Of a stretch of DNA of 15,040 bases, positions 8,883 through 14,405 are shown one piece after another. Under the pieces are notes generated by a model. The model saw only the letters and a list, made by a program, of their open reading frames with translations, was not told the origin of the DNA and did not search any database. The DNA is from Candidatus Heimdallarchaeota archaeon (lineage in GTDB: Archaea; Asgardarchaeota; Heimdallarchaeia; Heimdallarchaeales; Heimdallarchaeaceae). The stretch is taken from NCBI GenBank assembly GCA_016839945.1, contig JAEOTE010000071.1:1-15040 (forward strand), in the 5' to 3' direction. Numbering within the stretch: the first letter of the stretch is position 1; each line of letters opens with the position of its first letter. A program made the position numbers and the translations under genes.

Positions 8883-9356
8883 ATGGAAAAAGATGCTCTA
8901 ATAATGCAATTGCGACAAATGATTGAGATTAAAGAGAAAATAGGAGAACTGTTAATGAATGTAGATTGTTGTCCTACAAACTCACTACTAGAATCTCTTT
9001 TTCATGGAGTAGGACTAGACGCAAAAAAGCATGCAGAGATTCTAAGAGGTTTACTTGACAGGGCTCAAGGACTTAATAAACCATTAGAGGAAGAAAGAAA
9101 AGACAATATTTTAGATACTATATCCAAAGTTTTGGAATTGGAATGGAATATCAGAAATCAAGTTCGCAATGCAGTTGACCGAGTAGTAGATGATAAAACT
9201 AAGAAAGTCTTAACCTCTATCTTAGGGGATATTCAGAGACATGAAGTTACTCTTAAAGATCTTCAAGAGTTTATTGAAACAATGACTGTTGAAGAAGAAA
9301 AAGTACTTGACAAAATTTGGAAATACTCAATTAAATTCGATGAAGATGAAGCTTAG
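8883..9356 (+). CDS. Ferritin-like/rubrerythrin-like four-helix bundle protein with degenerate di-iron site
   Basis: Two-fold repeated helix-pair pattern: MIEIK...LDAKKHAEIL and VLELE...ILGDIQRHEVTL, matching the spacing of E...(D)ExxH x2. Confidence 0.7.
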   Translation: MEKDALIMQLRQMIEIKEKIGELLMNVDCCPTNSLLESLFHGVGLDAKKHAEILRGLLDRAQGLNKPLEEERKDNILDTISKVLELEWNIRNQVRNAVDRVVDDKTKKVLTSILGDIQRHEVTLKDLQEFIETMTVEEEKVLDKIWKYSIKFDEDEA

Positions 9357-9433
9357 CTGCTTAATTCCGTTTTCTTCTTTAGCAGAAATAGTTAAAAAGT
9401 GATAAGTAGATTTATCTTAAATTCGGTGATTAG

Positions 9434-10441
9434 TTGTCATTTTCTCCCATAATAGAAGAAGTTGCTAAAAATCTTAAATGTAAACCAGAGGATATTAAAT
9501 TCAAAAAAGATTTAGATGGAACTTCTACTGCTAGAGTTTCTGAAATAACTTGGGGAAAAGAAAAAGTTGGTATTCTCAAACAAAACACAACTAAAATTGA
9601 ATGGCTTTTCTATTCTAAAATTGCTAAGAATTACAAAGTTCCAGCACCTTCTCCAATTGCTGTATCTAAATTAAGCGATATTCCATGGATTCTAATAGAA
9701 AAGATACATCGTGGAGTTCATCCTAAAAAATGGGAAAAAAGCAATATTGAAAGAGCATTAAAAGAATTAGCCCAATTTCATTCTCAATTCTTTAGTAGAG
9801 AAGAAGAGAAGGAATTTGAGCATTTCCCAAAACTACTAACAAAGGATTGGGATAAAACAAAAGACAAACTAATCAAGGATTTGAACAAAGCAATTAACAT
9901 TGCTACTCAATACAAAGGAAAAACTCCAGTTACCAAAACAGAATTTGAACAAATAAAAAAGAAAATCAAACAAGAAACATTTCTGAAAGATTTTCTCTCC
10001 GTTGGTACAACTTTACTTCATGGTGGAACATGGTGTTACAACTTCATGCAATCTGCAAAGTGCTCCTGTCTTCTAGATTGGAAAGAATGTTTCTTTGGCC
10101 CTCCTGGTTGGGAAATTTTACATTTTTATGATCTTCTTCATTTCAATGTGGATGGTATAAAAATAAATTTGAGAAGTCTTCCTGTGACTCTTGATGATCT
10201 TATAAAACTATACTTAAATGAATTGAAAAAGAAGAAAGTTACTATTAAAGCAAGTGATTTCAGAAAAACGATTAAAGCAGCGATACCATTTCATTTTGCT
10301 CGACAATGGGCTCCAATTTTGAAACCTGATGTAATCTATCTTCATGGTGGAAGATATTTTATAGCAAGAACTCTTAGATTACTTCCCTCCAGAAAAGATA
10401 TAAGACAACATTACAAAGATTTACTTGCGTTTGGAGACTAG
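9434..10441 (+). CDS. APH/choline-kinase-like phosphotransferase fold, probably catalytically impaired
   Basis: GILK (ATP Lys), EWLFY (helix C Glu), VPAP, WILIE hinge, LAQFH, TLLHGGTWCYNF (Brenner HGDxxxxN with Asp replaced), LLDW, GPPGWE. TTG start with GGTGAT SD at 9425-9430. Confidence 0.8.
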   Translation: MSFSPIIEEVAKNLKCKPEDIKFKKDLDGTSTARVSEITWGKEKVGILKQNTTKIEWLFYSKIAKNYKVPAPSPIAVSKLSDIPWILIEKIHRGVHPKKWEKSNIERALKELAQFHSQFFSREEEKEFEHFPKLLTKDWDKTKDKLIKDLNKAINIATQYKGKTPVTKTEFEQIKKKIKQETFLKDFLSVGTTLLHGGTWCYNFMQSAKCSCLLDWKECFFGPPGWEILHFYDLLHFNVDGIKINLRSLPVTLDDLIKLYLNELKKKKVTIKASDFRKTIKAAIPFHFARQWAPILKPDVIYLHGGRYFIARTLRLLPSRKDIRQHYKDLLAFGD

Positions 10442-10504
10442 CTTCATTCTAATCAATGAATGCTTAATAAAACTTTTAAGTTGAGGAAAATCTTCTATTC
10501 TAAT

Positions 10505-11584
10505 ATGAGTATATTTACAGATATACAAATAAAACTGTGTTCAGAAGATAAAAAGAAAAAAAAACCTCCAGATGAGGAGCTAGTTTTTGGTAAAACGTTT
10601 ACAGATCATATGTTTTTTATGGAATATAAAGATGAAAAATGGAGTGATCCTAAAATTATTCCTTACCAATCATTTGAGATGGATCCAGCAACAGCTGTTT
10701 TTCATTATGGTCAAGAAATCTTTGAAGGCATGAAAGCCTTTCGACATCCTGATGATACAATCCATTTGTTTAGACCTTATGAAAATGCTGAACGTTTTAA
10801 TCTCTCTGCAGACAGAATGAGTATGGTAAAAATAAACAAAGACTTGTTTGTAACAGCTATAAAAGAATTAATTCGAGTCGATAATGAATGGGCTCCAAGG
10901 GCACCAGGAACGACGCTTTATATTCGTCCAACAATGATAGCATCTGAAGTTGCTTTAGGAGTGCATCCTAGTTTAGAGTATTATTTTTACATTATATTAG
11001 CCCCTGTTGGACCTTATTTCAAGGAAGGTTTCAAACCTACTAAAGCATACGTGGCAAACGCCAATGTAAGAGCTGCTCCAGGTGGAACTGGAGAAGCAAA
11101 AACAGGTGGAAATTATGCTGCAACTCTTCATGAAGCTAGAATAGCTCAATCAAAAGGATACCCACAAGTAATATGGTTAGATGCTGTTGAGAAGAAGTAT
11201 GTTGAAGAAGCAAGTGCTATGAACATTATGTTTGTTATAAACAATGAAATATACACACCACCATTAGATGGAACCATTTTGAGAGGAATAACAAGAAAAT
11301 CTGTTCTAGAATTAGCAACAAATTTAGGATATAAAATTCATGAAGAACAATTAGATATTAACAAAGTTGTTAATGAAATTGAAACTGGAGAATGTTCTGA
11401 AGCATTCTTTGTTGGTACTGCAGCTTCTATAACTCCTGTCAGTGAGATACTATACAAAGAGAAAGAATATAAAATTAATGATGGACAAATTGGAAAAATT
11501 ACACAACATCTTTATGATGAACTCACTGGAATACAATTTGGAAAGAAGCATGACCGATTCAATTGGATGATTAAAATAAAGTAG
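10505..11584 (+). CDS. ilvE: Branched-chain amino acid aminotransferase (PLP fold type IV); probable start ATG 10505 (ORF track starts at 10460)
   Basis: FGKTFTDHM, HYGQEIFEGMKA, LYIRP, PLP lysine in AKTGGNY, EEASAMN, ILRGITR, GTAASITPV. TATA-like CTTTTAAG at 10473-10480 lies inside the longer ORF and favours ATG 10505. Confidence 0.95.
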   Translation: MSIFTDIQIKLCSEDKKKKKPPDEELVFGKTFTDHMFFMEYKDEKWSDPKIIPYQSFEMDPATAVFHYGQEIFEGMKAFRHPDDTIHLFRPYENAERFNLSADRMSMVKINKDLFVTAIKELIRVDNEWAPRAPGTTLYIRPTMIASEVALGVHPSLEYYFYIILAPVGPYFKEGFKPTKAYVANANVRAAPGGTGEAKTGGNYAATLHEARIAQSKGYPQVIWLDAVEKKYVEEASAMNIMFVINNEIYTPPLDGTILRGITRKSVLELATNLGYKIHEEQLDINKVVNEIETGECSEAFFVGTAASITPVSEILYKEKEYKINDGQIGKITQHLYDELTGIQFGKKHDRFNWMIKIK

Positions 11585-11628
11585 CTCTTAAGAGAAAGAG
11601 TTAATTATTTTATTCCAATTTTACTTTT

Positions 11629-11985
11629 GTGACATCTATTAATGAAATAACAAAAAAAATAATAGAATTTAGAGATGCAAGAGAATGGAAAAAATATCAT
11701 ACTCCAAAAAATCTTGCATTATCTTTAATAGTAGAAATCGGAGAACTCTTTGAATTAATTCAATGGCAATCTGAAGATGAAATAAAAAATCAACTTGAAA
11801 GAATAAAGAAACAAACTGAAGAAGAGATCTCAGATGTCGCTATATATCTATTCCTTTTATCTCATGAATTAGGAATTGATTTAGAAGAAACTATTCCAAA
11901 GAAAATAGAAAAAAATTGGTTGAAATATCCAGTTGGTTCTCTCTCTGAAGATAAAATAAAATGGGGAAAAAGTGAAAGAAATTAA
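11629..11985 (+). CDS. MazG-like all-alpha NTP pyrophosphohydrolase (DCTPP1/RS21-C6-like)
   Basis: FRDAREWKKYHTPKNLALSL, EIGELFE (ExxE), EEISD (ExxD), KIEKNWLKYP. GTG start. Confidence 0.9.
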   Translation: MTSINEITKKIIEFRDAREWKKYHTPKNLALSLIVEIGELFELIQWQSEDEIKNQLERIKKQTEEEISDVAIYLFLLSHELGIDLEETIPKKIEKNWLKYPVGSLSEDKIKWGKSERN

Positions 11986-12746
11986 GTAATTAAAGCTCCC
12001 CAACGTTTTGTAAAAACATATGTTCTTATTCTCCCACCAGCGTCTTCTTTTACATCAAAGAATTTCAGTTCTAACTTGTCAGCTATCTTCTCCATATGAG
12101 TTAAAGGTCTTGCAATATTTTTTCTAAAAACTTTGCTTTTTATTGTCTTGAAAACTTCTTTAGTTAAGGATATAGGCATTAGAAAAGGTGATTTTGGATA
12201 ATACTCTCCAACAACAATCATCTGTCCATCCTTAGCTAAGATTCTCTTACATCTTGAGAGTAGCTTTTCTTGATCTTCTCTTGATAATCTTTTTAGTGCA
12301 AAGATTATAATGACATTTAGAAAAGTATCAGTAATATCAGATATCTTTTCAAGGAAAAATGGTTTCATTTCCAGTTTTTCCAGAATCTTCTTATCTTTAA
12401 CCTCTGTTTTAGGACTTACATAGGATACAGAAGATTCTCTAGCAGTCACTTTTATTCCGTTTTCTGCCATTCTTTCTGCGAATTTTCCAATTTTTTCACC
12501 AATAACCAGGGTTGGTCCTTGTTTTAATTTGCTAAAAATCCAATCATAAATATCAGGAAGGAAAAGATCTATGTTGACTGTTTCCTTCAATTTTTTTGAA
12601 ACAGCTTGAAAAGAATCAGATAATTGTTGTTCTATCTTCTTGGCACCTGTTAATTCTTCTTCCTCTTCTGTTTTTTCTATTTGAGGGATATCCTCTATGG
12701 ATGGTTGTTCTTCCATCGTTATCACTTTTGGATTTTCATCTGCCAT
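11982..12746 (-). CDS. Class I SAM-methyltransferase-like fold with degenerate motif I and an acidic N-terminal extension
   Basis: GPTLVIGEKIGKFAERMAENGIKVTARESS parallels VLDIGCGTG..A..LA..G..V.gvD.S. TFLNVIIIFAL parallels motif II (FD.V....L). RCKRILAKDGQMIVV parallels motif III (R.LKPGG.l). Confidence 0.65.
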   Translation of the reverse strand: MADENPKVITMEEQPSIEDIPQIEKTEEEEELTGAKKIEQQLSDSFQAVSKKLKETVNIDLFLPDIYDWIFSKLKQGPTLVIGEKIGKFAERMAENGIKVTARESSVSYVSPKTEVKDKKILEKLEMKPFFLEKISDITDTFLNVIIIFALKRLSREDQEKLLSRCKRILAKDGQMIVVGEYYPKSPFLMPISLTKEVFKTIKSKVFRKNIARPLTHMEKIADKLELKFFDVKEDAGGRIRTYVFTKRWGALIT

Positions 12747-13381
12747 TCAAAAGTTGCATCAATTATTTCATTCTTTGAGGGTAAATCTTCCTCTTTAGTT
12801 CTTTTCAGCATTTGACAGAATTTATCAATTTCATAGAAAACAGAACCTGAAATACCAATTGTCATTAGACTGTCTTTGGTTTTTGTTAGAATAGCAATTA
12901 TATCCCCAGCATTTTCAAGAGATACTTGAGGTAGTAATGTCAGTCTTTCTCTCAATTTAACTAATTCTTCTTCTGGATTTAAACTAATTGTAACAGTTGT
13001 TGAAAATCCTTGTTTAATCATTTCCAAAACTTTTCCTTCAGCTTCTTCCAAAGAGTTCACGACATTATTATTATAATAATAAGTTGCCAGTCTAACAGCT
13101 ATTTGTTTTAAACCTGCTTCTAAGTCATGTTCTGACAAATCAGGAATATTGTGCAGTAAACCCATTCTAATAAGAATAAGATCTCTGTTCTTCTTAGCGT
13201 AATTCAATTCTTGCTCAGTAATTTCTTTAATAGTGTGTAATCTTTTAATAAGAGCTGAAAAGCTTTCTAAATCCATATTAACTATGTCTTCTCTAGTTAG
13301 AAAAGGTTTGATTTTTTCAATAATCTTCTCCCAAAGAAGTTCAGATTCTTCTTCGAATCCTGCGCTATTTAGGGAACTCAT
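12722..13381 (-). CDS. Hypothetical all-alpha-helical protein, overlapping the downstream gene by 25 nt
   Basis: 219-aa ORF with ATG start, amphipathic Glu/Lys/Leu-rich helices and no TM segment. TATA-like TTTAATA about 23-29 nt upstream. No confident family. Confidence 0.75.
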   Translation of the reverse strand: [219 protein letters not shown]

Positions 13382-13468
13382 AAGAAGTTTATATAAAGAA
13401 AACTATTAAATTTTATGTTAGAATTTCAGAATCTAAGCAAAAAAATCATTTTTTGATTGCTTTCTTCG

Positions 13469-13481
13469 TAAATCTTTTATT
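13469..13481 (+). promoter_or_regulatory. BRE/TATA for the gelsolin-like gene (probably leaderless)
   Basis: TAAAT-CTTTTATT, with the TATA-like element 24-31 nt upstream of ATG 13505; no SD. Confidence 0.5.
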
Positions 13482-13504
13482 ACTGCTCGTATACATTAAC
13501 AATC

Positions 13505-14134
13505 ATGACTGTTTACCAAGTAGTAAGGAAAAGACTGAAACCATTAAAAGAGCCTTATAAATTCAAAAATGGCGATGTTTATCTATTAGTAACAACTACT
13601 AACATCTGGATCTGGTTGGGGAGTAAATCCTATTGTGATGATAAAGCTGTAGGAGCTTGGACAGCTAAAGTTATTGAAGAAGAAAATAAGGATTTATTAA
13701 TCAAAACAATTGTTGAAGGAGATGAACCTCAAGAATTCAAGGATTTAGTTAGCTTTGAAGTAGTTGAAGGTGATACTCCTGGTTTCTTGAAACACTTTGA
13801 GAAAAAAGAAAATATCGATTACAGACTTCTACAAATCATTCAAAAACCAGATGGAGCAATTGAAACTGTCGAGGTACCAATAAAAGCTAAAAATCTAAAA
13901 TCAGGTGATTCTTTTGTCTTAGACGCATGGGATGAAATCTATGTCTGGATAGGCAAAAAGAGTCAAGTTAGAGAAAAATATGAAGCTGGAAAAATAGGCA
14001 GAGCTCTTGATGTAGAAAGAAAAAGAAAACCAGTAATTTTTACAATTGAAGAAACACAAGAACCTAAAGGTTTCAAAAAGATGATTGATGAGATAGCAAA
14101 GAGAGACAAAGAACTCGAAAAGCAGAGAAAGTAG
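13505..14134 (+). CDS. Two-domain gelsolin/villin-family protein (Asgard 2DGel-like actin regulator)
   Basis: Two gelsolin repeats: FKNGDVYLL..IWIWLGSKS..DD...IVEGDEPQEF (aa about 1-84) and LKSGDSFVLD..IYVWIGKKS..E...IEETQEPKGF (aa about 104-195). Joined by GDTPGFLKHF, like the gelsolin G1-G2 linker GGVASGFKHV. Confidence 0.9.
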   Translation: MTVYQVVRKRLKPLKEPYKFKNGDVYLLVTTTNIWIWLGSKSYCDDKAVGAWTAKVIEEENKDLLIKTIVEGDEPQEFKDLVSFEVVEGDTPGFLKHFEKKENIDYRLLQIIQKPDGAIETVEVPIKAKNLKSGDSFVLDAWDEIYVWIGKKSQVREKYEAGKIGRALDVERKRKPVIFTIEETQEPKGFKKMIDEIAKRDKELEKQRK

Positions 14135-14140
14135 TTGTCA

Positions 14141-14173
14141 TATTTTTTAATATTTTTCTATATTCATTTTTTT
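14141..14173 (+). terminator. T-rich tract, putative terminator of the gelsolin-like gene
   Basis: Three T5-T7 runs within 40 nt after the stop codon. Confidence 0.4.
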
Positions 14174-14405
14174 ATGTTAAATTATGTTTAAAGAAGTTTA
14201 AAAGTAAAATAAACTAGTTATTGGTACATAATCCTAATTTTTCGTACAAATGCCTTAGTGTTGCTGATTCATGGCTTTCTGTATGATTCTGGAGCTGTTT
14301 TATAGTCAAATTTTCTCTAAAGAGTTTTTGTCGGATTTAAATCGTCTAGAAAATACTAAAATTCATTTAGATACTTTTATTTATAGCAGTTTCAATACTG
14401 AAATA

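Noticed and set aside
10016-10352. 13-bp direct repeat CTTCATGGTGGAA (10016 and 10340), both encoding LHGG in the kinase-like gene
   Set aside because: Only two short copies with no flanking similarity. Probably coincidence, though local gene conversion as the source of HGD to HGG cannot be excluded.
13065-13082. Perfect 18-bp palindrome TTATTATTATAATAATAA
   Set aside because: Low-complexity product of YYYNNN codons inside a CDS, with no other support for function.
14132-14200. Possible TAG read-through (pyrrolysine) extending the gelsolin C-terminus
   Set aside because: Downstream sequence is T-rich terminator-like DNA, not protein-like.
14271-14405. In-frame 45-codon upstream extension of the ABC ATPase from ATG 14271
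   Set aside because: LolD-type ATPases normally start about 30-45 aa before Walker A, and a TATA-like box at 14374 fits ATG 14406. Not fully excluded.
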